DNA from: an uncultured virus (IMG/VR IMGVR_UViG_2663762966_000001)
Taxonomy: Duplodnaviria; Heunggongvirae; Uroviricota; Caudoviricetes
Virus record (IMG/VR): IMGVR_UViG_2663762966_000001
Location: 1 to 64,000 of that record
DNA: 64,000 nt
Reading direction: 5' to 3' (one strand)
The translations under genes and the position numbers were made by a program. How positions within the stretch are numbered: position 1 is the first letter of the stretch; every line of letters begins with the position of its first letter. The notes beneath the pieces are model-generated. The model saw only the letters and a list, made by a program, of their open reading frames with translations. It was not told where the DNA came from and ran no database searches. Below are positions 1 to 9,542 of this stretch, piece by piece.

Positions 1-81
1 ATAGAAAGGATCTGATTCAGTACTGGGCAACTTTGTTTTAGCTGTATTAACAGCTGGTGCATAAGCTAAAGCTTTGGACAT
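1..81 (-). CDS. 5' end of a phage late gene running off the window (MSKALAYAPAVNTAKTKLPSTESDPFY...)
   Basis: ATG at 81, open frame to the window edge, TGGAAC promoter motif at 148-153; near-identical copy at 25414-25494. Confidence 0.7.
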   Translation of the reverse strand, partial: MSKALAYAPAVNTAKTKLPSTESDPFY

Positions 82-285
82 GTTTAAGTACTAATTTATA
101 AAAATTAAGCTATTATTAATTAAAAAATAAGGACACTTATTAGCTTTGTTCCAGCATTAAAAACTGATAAAAAAGTTTTGAAAATACGCTAATTACAGTT
201 TTTCATATAGATTTGATTTTTAATAATTTTTTAGTATTATGAAATTTAAAATTTTTATTTAAAAATATTCTTTGAGAAATAAAAA

Positions 286-1347
286 ATGTTAGATTTATTT
301 ACACCTATTGTTGAAAGCGAAAAACAGCATAAAATTTTTAAATTGTTATTAAATGAAGCAATGTATGCTGAAAGGAATGTTCTATTAGATTGGGCAAATG
401 GATTTGTTGATAGAGATAATAAATTTGTAAAAGAATTCCAAACTACTTTTGAGTCTTCTTTTTGGGAATTATATCTAAATAAAATTCTGAAATCTGAAAA
501 TATTGATATAGACTATAAACATCATGCGCCTGACTTTGTATGTAACAAAAATAATTCAGCTTTTTGTATTGAAGCGACAATTGCCAATCCAGAACAAGAT
601 GGGTTGCCAGCATATGGTTTTGGCGGTGAATATTTAGATTTTGAAATTGACTTTAAAGAGTTCAATCGAAAATCAATTATTAGAATAGCTAATTCGATTG
701 TATCTAAGGCTCAAAAATTTAAAAAATCATATAAAAATTTATCTCATGTTAATGGCAAACCATTTATTTTAGGTCTTAATTCTTTTGATCGTCCTCATTC
801 CCACTTTATAGGTCATCGTGGTTTAATTGCTGTTCTCTATGGAATTTATCTTAATGAGGAAAAGGCCATTTCCGATAAACTCAACTATTTACCAAGAGAA
901 AGAATGGATTTTATTGAGAAAGATAATGGAGCAGAAATTCCTCTAGGTTTCTTTACTACTTCAGAGTATGAAGATATTAGTGCTGTAATTTATAACCCTT
1001 ATGCAACTTGGGGGAAAGTTCGAGCATTAGCTGAAGTAACTGAAGCAAATAAAACTACTTTCTTTAACGCACTTTACACTAGGGATGACGTAAGTGAGAG
1101 TACATTAATTCCTGATATCCACAAAGGAATTCCTAAAGAAGAATATACAGAATCAATCTTTGATGGTTTATATATTTTTCATAATCCTCATGCTAAATAT
1201 CCATTCCCTGATTTTTTATTTAATGATCCTCATATTGCTCATTTTAGTGTAGATGATCATGGTAATCTTCTTGAAAGTGTTGGAGAAAAATTTTTACTCT
1301 CACGAAGTTTAATTAGTTCATATGCAAGTTCAATGATTCCCGAATAA
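286..1347 (+). CDS. Moron; predicted PD-(D/E)XK nuclease-fold protein, candidate defence gene
   Basis: 353-aa ORF, very AT-rich, opposite strand to phage genes; motif WELY...APDF...IEAT. Confidence 0.55.
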   Translation: MLDLFTPIVESEKQHKIFKLLLNEAMYAERNVLLDWANGFVDRDNKFVKEFQTTFESSFWELYLNKILKSENIDIDYKHHAPDFVCNKNNSAFCIEATIANPEQDGLPAYGFGGEYLDFEIDFKEFNRKSIIRIANSIVSKAQKFKKSYKNLSHVNGKPFILGLNSFDRPHSHFIGHRGLIAVLYGIYLNEEKAISDKLNYLPRERMDFIEKDNGAEIPLGFFTTSEYEDISAVIYNPYATWGKVRALAEVTEANKTTFFNALYTRDDVSESTLIPDIHKGIPKEEYTESIFDGLYIFHNPHAKYPFPDFLFNDPHIAHFSVDDHGNLLESVGEKFLLSRSLISSYASSMIPE

Positions 1348-1405
1348 AGTGAAATTCAAAGACATAATATTTATAAATTTAATTTTGCTGTATCCAACAA
1401 TCCAT

Positions 1406-1435
1406 AAAAAATACGCTCATCAAGAGCGTATTTTT
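1406..1435. terminator. Bidirectional intrinsic terminator
   Basis: AAAAATACGCTC-atcaa-GAGCGTATTTTT between convergent genes. Confidence 0.75.
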
Positions 1436-1445
1436 ATTACTTATA

Positions 1446-4400
1446 TTAAGCAGCTAGATTAATACTATTCTCTTGCTCAAATTCATCAATCTTCTTAATG
1501 ATTTCAGCAGACTTGTTATATGGCATAACAATTTCATCAAACTCATTAACTTCTGAGCCCCAGAATTTGAGCATGATATTCTTGATCTGAGGTTTATCAA
1601 CGCCGTCGCCATTGAATACATACTTGCTACGTTCAGTTCTGACATAAAGATCGTACTTAGCAAGCTGCTCATCAATACGTAGTTTTCTAGGAGGCATTGC
1701 GATATCACGAATTTCTGAAAAGAGGTCTTCAACACTTGTAAGGTGCGTAAAGTCTAATTCTCGTGTTACTGGAACATCATTAGAGCCTGCATGTTTTTCA
1801 ATAATGATGATGCGAGTAGAAACTGCGGTACCAGCATTTTTAAAGGTTGATTGAGGTAACCAGATTTCAGCTGTCAAAATTGCACCAGGTGTGCTTTCAA
1901 TAAATTCGTCTACTTTAGAATCCATCGTACCACGTGGTACCAAGGCCACAATCCGACCACCATCATAAAGATGACCAAAAGCCTTCTTGATATGTTGAAT
2001 TGCCAAAGTGCCAGCATGACCAAATGGCGGATTCATCACAATCGCATGGTACTTATTCAATGATTCTAAAGATTCGAATGTATCAACAATTACTTTAGCA
2101 CCTGTATTTGCCATTTGAGCACGACTAGCTAAAGACTCAGTCGGTTCAATCATTGTCAACTCTACATCCTGAGGAACAAAACGACCAATAGCACCATCAC
2201 CAGCACTAGGTTCAAGCACAGAATCGCCAGTGTGTACCCCTGCCCATTCAATCATTTTGAATCCTAGAGGTTCAGGCGTTGCATACCATTCCTTACCTTC
2301 GCGGTTATCACGACTTTCAGAACGTTTGCCTTTGGTATAGTAGAATGTGAGTGCTTGATCAAATGGTGTTAACTTAGCAATGCGGGCATTTTCTTCATCA
2401 TATGCTTTACCGCCAATACCATCATTTAGACTTGGCTCTTCATATTTAGCTTCTTCATAAGCCTGAATTAACGCTTCTTTGATACTTACTACAGCATCAG
2501 CACCTTTTGCAAAGTTATCTACTGTTTCTGCGCGTCCAGCAATCGTGTCTGCAAATGCAGCCCGTTCCCATGCAGTACCAGTAGTCAAGTATCTCTGAAT
2601 AGCATTTGATGCTTGTCCAGTTCGATAGATACGCCCTTCCGTCTGTCTCAACTTGGCTGGCTTTGTTGGTTGACCAATATTAATGAGTACTCGCTGGTGT
2701 TTACCAGTTGTATCATGCAAGCTAATCCCAGTAGAACCAGCATCTGACTGCAGAATGAGAATATCGTGCCCGCTATCATCAGTATTAAATAACGCTACAT
2801 TAGTTTCACGTTGTTGCTTTGAAAGACGGCCATTAAATAAAAGAGCATTAGGAAATGCATTCTTTAAAGTTTCAACAGGTGAATCATAATCAAGATTGAG
2901 ATTTACTAGATCCGGTCTATTTTCTTTGAATGCATTATATTCAAGCTCAATATCTTCTCTAAGTGGGCTTTCATATTTTTCGATATCAAGCTTACTAATC
3001 AAGAAAGGTGCAAAACCACCGCCCTCGTTATAGTCATGAAAAATTACTACTTTACGACCTAATGCTAAGTGCTTTTTCACCATATCAACACAAGCTTCAG
3101 CTTTAATAGCTTCTAACAAACGGCGTCTTGCTAAGTAATCAAAGCGTTTTGCAATAATTTCGTATATGTTTTTAAATCGGTTGCCAGTAAATAGCCGATC
3201 ATATTCTTGCATAGATGCATGACGTCCCCAGCCTGTTGTTGGTTTACCAGTCTGAGCAGCCCATTCTTCAAAAGTTCGTGTTTTGTGCCCTTCTATTTCT
3301 TTATAACCATTGCGAAGATAAGTTAAACCTTCATCAATAAGTTCACCAACACGAGAGCCAATTAGAATGAATTTACGATCATAGTCAAAATTTACTTCTA
3401 AATCCCGCCCAGACATAGCACCAGTGTTTTTAAGATTTTCGGCGAACTGTCTTTCAAGTACACCTGTATCCACCTTAGCTTCTGGTCGCGTCAACTTACC
3501 ATATCGCTTTCGATATCCAAGATTTCCCATATAGAAGTGCTCTCGAGCCTTACTAAAGCCTTCAGCTAAATTACCTTGGTCATCAACAGATACTGAAGGA
3601 GACATATAATCAAATAAATAGCCTTCCGCCCAATCAAGTGAAAAGTGATAGCTAAATGGCGTAGCAGATAAGAAAACAACTTTGACCTTACTTTTCTGGT
3701 GTTTCCAATTCAAATTCCAGATCTTTCGTTGTTCATTTCGAAGGACCTGCATTTTGTTATAAGCGCTTAGATATTGTTCTGTTTCTTTACCATTTTCATC
3801 AAATTCTTCAATTGGCATCTGCTCAGCAAACTTATCTTCAAACCACTCACTAAAACCATGCAAATGCCCGGTTAATGCTCGTAGTTTGTTTAATGCTGCA
3901 GTTGCTTTACCATCGGATGATTGCGATAGAGTATGGGCCTCATCAATTAAAATCAGATCCCAATGTTTGTGAACCAAACTTTTATTTTGACCAAAATTAG
4001 CAAAGGTTGTGACCACGACTGAGTGATCCTCACCGCCATTTTCTTTAATACTTTTTAATTTGTAAGCCTTGATATTTAAAGGGCTTGAGCTTTTGACAAA
4101 GTCATTAGCGATTTTATCGTTTAGAGTAACAATTAAAATATTCTTAAGGCCAGCATTGATAAACCGTTTTGCTACACCCAGACCAGTAAAGGTTTTACCT
4201 GTACCAGTGCCGTTTGTAAAAAGAATACCCTTCTTATTTTCCTCAATTAACCGCTTTTCAGTTTTTAAAACATCACCACGTTGTGCCGGTTGCAGATATG
4301 GCAAAGCTGCGTCAATATTTGAAGCATCGCTCCAAATTGTTTCTACATTATCTGCTTTTAATTGAGCTTCTAGCTTTTCATCTATGGCAGCTCTAACTGA

Positions 4401-5276
4401 TTTAGCAGATTGTACAATTGATCGATCTCTTGCTCGTTTAAGAGATGATCTCTTACCAGATAGTTCACCGCCTCCGCTGCTGTTAATCCGGTTAGTATTG
4501 GCTCTACTATTTCCATCTGAAGATTCATTTCTTGGATTTCGGACGCTAGATAAACTTGCATCATCACTTTTTGATAAGCCAGAATTACTGTCTCGGAGTA
4601 CCCCAATTTCTCCATCATTTCTGATTGCTTCTGAAGCCTCAAATTCATCATTTCCTGATCCAGTTGTAGAAACAATTGGTCCTCTGGATCTGAGACGAAA
4701 TTCGCCAACTGATTCCACATCTGAATTGGTATTTGATACATGTAAGAATAATCCTTTTACAAGTTGCTGATCTTCTGAAAGAAGAGAGTCTGGAATAGCT
4801 TTAAGATGTTTTGAGCGTACAAGAATTTCACCCTGATAATAAAAGGCATAGGGGTCAAACTCTTTAGCTTTGGTTAATTTGATGCCTTTAAGACCAATAA
4901 CCTGTAGTGTTTTATTCTTTTTAGTGGTGTATGGCTTCAGCTCTTTATCGCAAGCAAAAAGACTGACAATAGTCTCTAGCTGTTCAATAACATTTCTGGA
5001 ACTGTTATTAAGGTGTTGGATAACTGATTCATCAATGTTTTTGATAGCCTCGTTATATAAGACTTCAATAACTTCATCCAATTTTGGAAAGTCACTTTCT
5101 TGACGGGCAAAAGCTAAAGCTTGCTTTGCTACAGACAAGTTAAGTTCTATTTGCTTATGGATTATAAGAAGGAAAAATCGAGCAATATTGCTCTGATAAT
5201 GCATGAAATCAATCATGTAATAAATCGCAACCAATACTGTGTCTTTAGTGATTGGTTTGAGCTTTAAGATGGACAT
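1446..5276 (-). CDS. darB: DarB-like SF2 helicase / N6-adenine DNA methyltransferase fusion (anti-restriction)
   Basis: GTGTGKT, DEAH, SATP and QTEGRIYR helicase motifs; C-terminal EPSAGDG and NPPF MTase motifs; clustered with darA/ddrB-like genes. Confidence 0.8.
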   Translation of the reverse strand: MSILKLKPITKDTVLVAIYYMIDFMHYQSNIARFFLLIIHKQIELNLSVAKQALAFARQESDFPKLDEVIEVLYNEAIKNIDESVIQHLNNSSRNVIEQLETIVSLFACDKELKPYTTKKNKTLQVIGLKGIKLTKAKEFDPYAFYYQGEILVRSKHLKAIPDSLLSEDQQLVKGLFLHVSNTNSDVESVGEFRLRSRGPIVSTTGSGNDEFEASEAIRNDGEIGVLRDSNSGLSKSDDASLSSVRNPRNESSDGNSRANTNRINSSGGGELSGKRSSLKRARDRSIVQSAKSVRAAIDEKLEAQLKADNVETIWSDASNIDAALPYLQPAQRGDVLKTEKRLIEENKKGILFTNGTGTGKTFTGLGVAKRFINAGLKNILIVTLNDKIANDFVKSSSPLNIKAYKLKSIKENGGEDHSVVVTTFANFGQNKSLVHKHWDLILIDEAHTLSQSSDGKATAALNKLRALTGHLHGFSEWFEDKFAEQMPIEEFDENGKETEQYLSAYNKMQVLRNEQRKIWNLNWKHQKSKVKVVFLSATPFSYHFSLDWAEGYLFDYMSPSVSVDDQGNLAEGFSKAREHFYMGNLGYRKRYGKLTRPEAKVDTGVLERQFAENLKNTGAMSGRDLEVNFDYDRKFILIGSRVGELIDEGLTYLRNGYKEIEGHKTRTFEEWAAQTGKPTTGWGRHASMQEYDRLFTGNRFKNIYEIIAKRFDYLARRRLLEAIKAEACVDMVKKHLALGRKVVIFHDYNEGGGFAPFLISKLDIEKYESPLREDIELEYNAFKENRPDLVNLNLDYDSPVETLKNAFPNALLFNGRLSKQQRETNVALFNTDDSGHDILILQSDAGSTGISLHDTTGKHQRVLINIGQPTKPAKLRQTEGRIYRTGQASNAIQRYLTTGTAWERAAFADTIAGRAETVDNFAKGADAVVSIKEALIQAYEEAKYEEPSLNDGIGGKAYDEENARIAKLTPFDQALTFYYTKGKRSESRDNREGKEWYATPEPLGFKMIEWAGVHTGDSVLEPSAGDGAIGRFVPQDVELTMIEPTESLASRAQMANTGAKVIVDTFESLESLNKYHAIVMNPPFGHAGTLAIQHIKKAFGHLYDGGRIVALVPRGTMDSKVDEFIESTPGAILTAEIWLPQSTFKNAGTAVSTRIIIIEKHAGSNDVPVTRELDFTHLTSVEDLFSEIRDIAMPPRKLRIDEQLAKYDLYVRTERSKYVFNGDGVDKPQIKNIMLKFWGSEVNEFDEIVMPYNKSAEIIKKIDEFEQENSINLAA

Positions 5277-5351
5277 ATATCCCTCAACATAGGAACTTTA
5301 CATTCCTATGTTGAATGATCGTAAGTATCTAATTTTTAGTAGGTTCCAGAT

Positions 5352-6863
5352 CTAAACTTCTAATTCTTCAAAAAGAATGTCATTAATTTTGTTCCCTTCT
5401 TGATTTTCCTTGTCATTACTTTGATCAATTTTAACTTTCAAAGCACTGTGGAAACGTTCAGCCCCCTCTTTCGTTAATCGAATTATTTTAGGACTACTTG
5501 AACTGCTGGAATCTACCAAGGAATCGTACATTTGCACACTAATGAAATCATCACCAAGCACTTGTTGTGCATATTGGATAGCATCTTTTACACTTACTGG
5601 TTCAGGTTCACCAAACAAGCCTACATTACTACTATCTAAAGCCTGTTTCTCTGCAAATTCAGCTAATGCTTTAAATAACATACTCATTTTTTTTGAACTG
5701 CGGCTATTCTTGGCGAGAAATACGGCGAGCTCAGCAACACCTTCTCCTAGATCCTCAAAAAGCCCTTGCTGCTTTACAAACTCAACAATATCTTGATCAT
5801 TTTGCTTTGCAGATAAAATTGTATTTGCTGCATCAATAATTGCATTAGCAACACGTTGATCAATGGCTTGCTCCATTCCATCAACGATTTGATCTGATAT
5901 ATCTTGAACATTTCCACGACTTATAGCTTGCGCTTCAATAAATTTAGGCGCAGCAACACCAAGCGCATTAAGCATATTTTGAAGATCTGGTTTTGTATGA
6001 TCAGCCATCATTTCTAGCAAACGATCATCATTGTACGCTTTACTAAAAATTGCGGCCTTGATTCTGTTTATCAGTGCTTGTGTTGGTTTTTTATCTTTCG
6101 TTGTGTACTGGGCAGCTTCTGTATCACCTAATTTACTTAAAAAACCTTGAATAAACTTTTGATTACTTACTGCTAATAAATCGCCATCTTCACTCGGATT
6201 AAAAAGTGCCAGTAAATTCTCATCTAAACGTTTAGCATCAGCTTTAGCACGTTCAGTTGCTGTAAAAGACAACTTATCATCTTGGTTAGCATCTATTGCA
6301 AATTGAGCTCTATCAATCTCGGTTGTACGAATACGTATCAAAATCGGTTGAGCTATTGCTTGGACCTGCTCACTACTAAAGCCAAAGTAATCGGCTTCAT
6401 CAATCAACCATTGTTTATACTCATCTGCGGTACCGCGCTCATAGGCAAGCTTGATAGCCATTGTTCGACCATTTCCTGATTCTACAACTAAATCATCACC
6501 AGTTATCGGTGCTCCCGTGTCTGCCCGACCTGAGCGGCCTAGGCTTTCGGGGTCTAAATCATTAGCAGTTTTCTGTACCCATGCTTGTGAGGATTCACGA
6601 CTACGATCTCGTGGCTGCAATTCTTGCGGATAATTAGGGTTTTCCGCACCAGTTGCTGTATGAGATGCAATTACTTGATCAATATCAACTAAAGCGAATA
6701 CAGTAGAAATCTTTTGTCCTTTGGCTGTTTTCACATTATTAGTTCTACCCTTCAAAAGCCCAGTAAAGGGCTGTTTAGGTTTAAAGAAACTAATCATTTG
6801 ATCAATTACAACTAATGGATTCTTAGCAATATCTTGAGTAGAAATTAGATTTAAAGTTGTCAT
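5352..6863 (-). CDS. ddrB: DdrB-like ParB-superfamily domain protein
   Basis: LQPRDR...GAP...VESGNGRTMA motif typical of ddrB-ParB; dar cluster context. Confidence 0.7.
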   Translation of the reverse strand: MTTLNLISTQDIAKNPLVVIDQMISFFKPKQPFTGLLKGRTNNVKTAKGQKISTVFALVDIDQVIASHTATGAENPNYPQELQPRDRSRESSQAWVQKTANDLDPESLGRSGRADTGAPITGDDLVVESGNGRTMAIKLAYERGTADEYKQWLIDEADYFGFSSEQVQAIAQPILIRIRTTEIDRAQFAIDANQDDKLSFTATERAKADAKRLDENLLALFNPSEDGDLLAVSNQKFIQGFLSKLGDTEAAQYTTKDKKPTQALINRIKAAIFSKAYNDDRLLEMMADHTKPDLQNMLNALGVAAPKFIEAQAISRGNVQDISDQIVDGMEQAIDQRVANAIIDAANTILSAKQNDQDIVEFVKQQGLFEDLGEGVAELAVFLAKNSRSSKKMSMLFKALAEFAEKQALDSSNVGLFGEPEPVSVKDAIQYAQQVLGDDFISVQMYDSLVDSSSSSSPKIIRLTKEGAERFHSALKVKIDQSNDKENQEGNKINDILFEELEV

Positions 6864-8815
6864 TAGATATTCTCCGCTTCCATTTTTTGCACTTGATTCA
6901 AGAGTTCTGTCACCGCTGGAATAAGAAGTGGATCATTTAAGTCTTTTTCTGCTTCATCTCGAATTTGCTCTAATAACTCAAGATTAACTTTAACCTGCCC
7001 TTCAATTACTGAACGGTAAAGTTGATTACCTTCATCATTTGTCGTACTAGGCTGAAGACCTTCAACTTCTGTCGGAGCATTGAGTTCTTTAGATTCATCA
7101 TTATCTGAATTTTGGGCTGGCTCTTTATTACTGAGGCGATCCGCTAAATGTTCATCTGCCCATGCTCTTGAATATTCATAAAATGCTGTTAAATATTCTG
7201 GTGAACCTTCGGCCCCATTCCAGTTTTTTAAGAATTCACCACGGCGATCTGAAACCCAAGCCATAAAGTCTATGTTGTTAGAATCTTCAGGATTTTCCAA
7301 AGTGTCTAACCATGCTTGCATCATTTTGTTTTCAGCTATACCAGCTGTACGTGCTGCTAATACTTCTTCATCTCTTTTTTGTTTAGCTTCATTTTCGGCA
7401 TCAATAAGTTTTTTTGCTTCTAATCCTGCTTGCTGTTGAGCCAAAGCCTGGTCATCTAGATCAGAAATCCATTCACGTGCCCAAACTACTGCATCAGAAT
7501 CCCCCTCTAGAGCCTTATTGATACGTTCAAAGAATGCTTGGTAACGTAAACCATCTTCACCTGCCCATTCAGGATCAGCATTTAAACGCTTTAAGTCGGC
7601 TTTTAAACGTTCGGCTTCTTCATCAGAAATACTATCTGGTAACTCATTATCGAGACTATTCTCTTTAATGATTACTTCATTTTCTTCAGATTGCTTGGTT
7701 AACAATGTATTTTGCAACTGATCCAATTCATTTAATAAATTGGAAATTTCTGCACTTAAAGAATTTAATTGACTTTGTTTTTGCTCGAGGCGTAGTTCAG
7801 CATCTGCTAAAGCCTTGGCCTTTTCTGCTTTTTTAGATTGTAACCGCTTAAAACGATTACTATTTTGGTTAATCAACTTCATAATTCGACCAGCGAGAAC
7901 TGGAATTGATATTCCTTCTCCCTGATTAGGCTGAATTGCAGCCGTAATATCCCGATTGTTCATTAAAATCTTCCATGAAATTAATGAATCTGCTGGACTA
8001 ATTTTTTTTGATAATCGATCTGGCTTATGAAAAAGGATTGTGAAGTTTTGGCCGTCATCAAAATCATAAGTAAGAGCAATTTGAAGGACTTTTTTATGCT
8101 TAAAGGGCTTACTTTCCGTAACGTTTACGATTTTGACGCCAGTTTTTGAAAACTGATCCATAGAGTGATGCAAAATTGCAGACAGCTGCTCTAAATGCTG
8201 GTAATCAACGATAATAGAGTCATAATGAGCTTCTTCTACGCCTAGACTAGATAAAAGCGTAGGTAACCCATCAAATTTACTTAATAATTGGCTGTGATCA
8301 TCATTTCGTTGCATATCTAATAACAACTTAGAAGTATCACCCTCATGAGAAATTAAATTGATTCCATCCCATTCAGGTTTTTCAGCTGCTACAACATTTT
8401 GTAATTGTTCTAGTTGCCATCTTTGAATCGGTTTTGAACCCGTCAAATTAAATTGTTGTGATGATAAATGGCGCTTAAGTCCAAATTGATTTGTTTCAAT
8501 AACATCTGTAACACTAGCATCAAACATTCGGCCAAATTGCAGTATAGCTAAATCAGCTGCATGCTGGTCATCGATAGCGCCTAATACCGCAACAGAATCA
8601 AACGCATCTATCCCACCCTTTTTACCTTTTAAATTTACAACACGCCAGAAATCATTTTCCGTGTAATCTTCAGTGACTAAAGCATTAATTTGACGGTAAT
8701 CACCCTTAATAAACCCAATTGAACAAGCACCACTATTCACCATGGAGTCAAAACCATGTACTAATCGGCTTTGATGTGGTGCGTGTGTTTGAATGAAAAT
8801 TGATTTAACACTCAC
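6863..8815 (-). CDS. darA: Defence-against-restriction DarA-like head protein
   Basis: KPFK...FDDGQNFTILFHKPD...WKILMNNRDIT...N.NRF DarA N-terminal-like domain followed by coiled coil; GTG start with RBS. Confidence 0.75.
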   Translation of the reverse strand: MSVKSIFIQTHAPHQSRLVHGFDSMVNSGACSIGFIKGDYRQINALVTEDYTENDFWRVVNLKGKKGGIDAFDSVAVLGAIDDQHAADLAILQFGRMFDASVTDVIETNQFGLKRHLSSQQFNLTGSKPIQRWQLEQLQNVVAAEKPEWDGINLISHEGDTSKLLLDMQRNDDHSQLLSKFDGLPTLLSSLGVEEAHYDSIIVDYQHLEQLSAILHHSMDQFSKTGVKIVNVTESKPFKHKKVLQIALTYDFDDGQNFTILFHKPDRLSKKISPADSLISWKILMNNRDITAAIQPNQGEGISIPVLAGRIMKLINQNSNRFKRLQSKKAEKAKALADAELRLEQKQSQLNSLSAEISNLLNELDQLQNTLLTKQSEENEVIIKENSLDNELPDSISDEEAERLKADLKRLNADPEWAGEDGLRYQAFFERINKALEGDSDAVVWAREWISDLDDQALAQQQAGLEAKKLIDAENEAKQKRDEEVLAARTAGIAENKMMQAWLDTLENPEDSNNIDFMAWVSDRRGEFLKNWNGAEGSPEYLTAFYEYSRAWADEHLADRLSNKEPAQNSDNDESKELNAPTEVEGLQPSTTNDEGNQLYRSVIEGQVKVNLELLEQIRDEAEKDLNDPLLIPAVTELLNQVQKMEAENI

Positions 8816-8888
8816 GGAGTTATCCTCATTTTAGTTTGAGGATATTTTCTCAAGTAGGTGAATCTATAAAGGCAATGAGTTCCATAGC

Positions 8889-9542
8889 TTATTTTAAGTT
8901 GGGAAACATTTTGATGAAATTTAAAGTAACAATGGCATGTGCTTTATTAGAGGCATCAAGGGGCAAATTGCCTGCTTGAAGTGAAACTAGATGCTCAATT
9001 TCAAATTGGTTTTGATTTCTTGCAGCTTTATCAAAAGCATATATTTTTAATCTCATTAAGTATTCAATTGGTGGCGGCTGAGTACCATCCTTATTAAACA
9101 TTATTTCTTTTATAGCTTTAGCACTATTCGCAATAGCTGCTTCTTTAGTCTCAATAAATGAAATGCTCAACTCATTTGAAGCATTACCAGTTACATGGTT
9201 GAGTTGAAAATGCCCCACATGCACTGCATCGGTTTGGGCATCTAGTAGTGATACATCTACATTATTGGCTAACCAAGCAACTTTGTTTGAAGGATCAAAA
9301 ATTGGAATAATTGCTTGAGCAATTTTACTGTTTGCACGGTACGGGCGAATTTCAATTCCAAAATGTGCAGCTGAAAGTGTTCCTAATGCGTAAAGTTCCT
9401 GATAATGGGAAACAGCTCGATCCACTGTTAGACCAGACCATAAGACAGGATTTTTAGCAAAACGATCTTTAAACGGATTTAAAACGTTTCCAAAACTGTT
9501 ATTTATAGTTTTATTCTGTGTTTCGTATTCAAAAAAAGCCAT
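8889..9542 (-). CDS. Hypothetical virion protein
   Basis: 217-aa ORF coupled to the portal gene. Confidence 0.5.
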   Translation of the reverse strand: MAFFEYETQNKTINNSFGNVLNPFKDRFAKNPVLWSGLTVDRAVSHYQELYALGTLSAAHFGIEIRPYRANSKIAQAIIPIFDPSNKVAWLANNVDVSLLDAQTDAVHVGHFQLNHVTGNASNELSISFIETKEAAIANSAKAIKEIMFNKDGTQPPPIEYLMRLKIYAFDKAARNQNQFEIEHLVSLQAGNLPLDASNKAHAIVTLNFIKMFPNLK

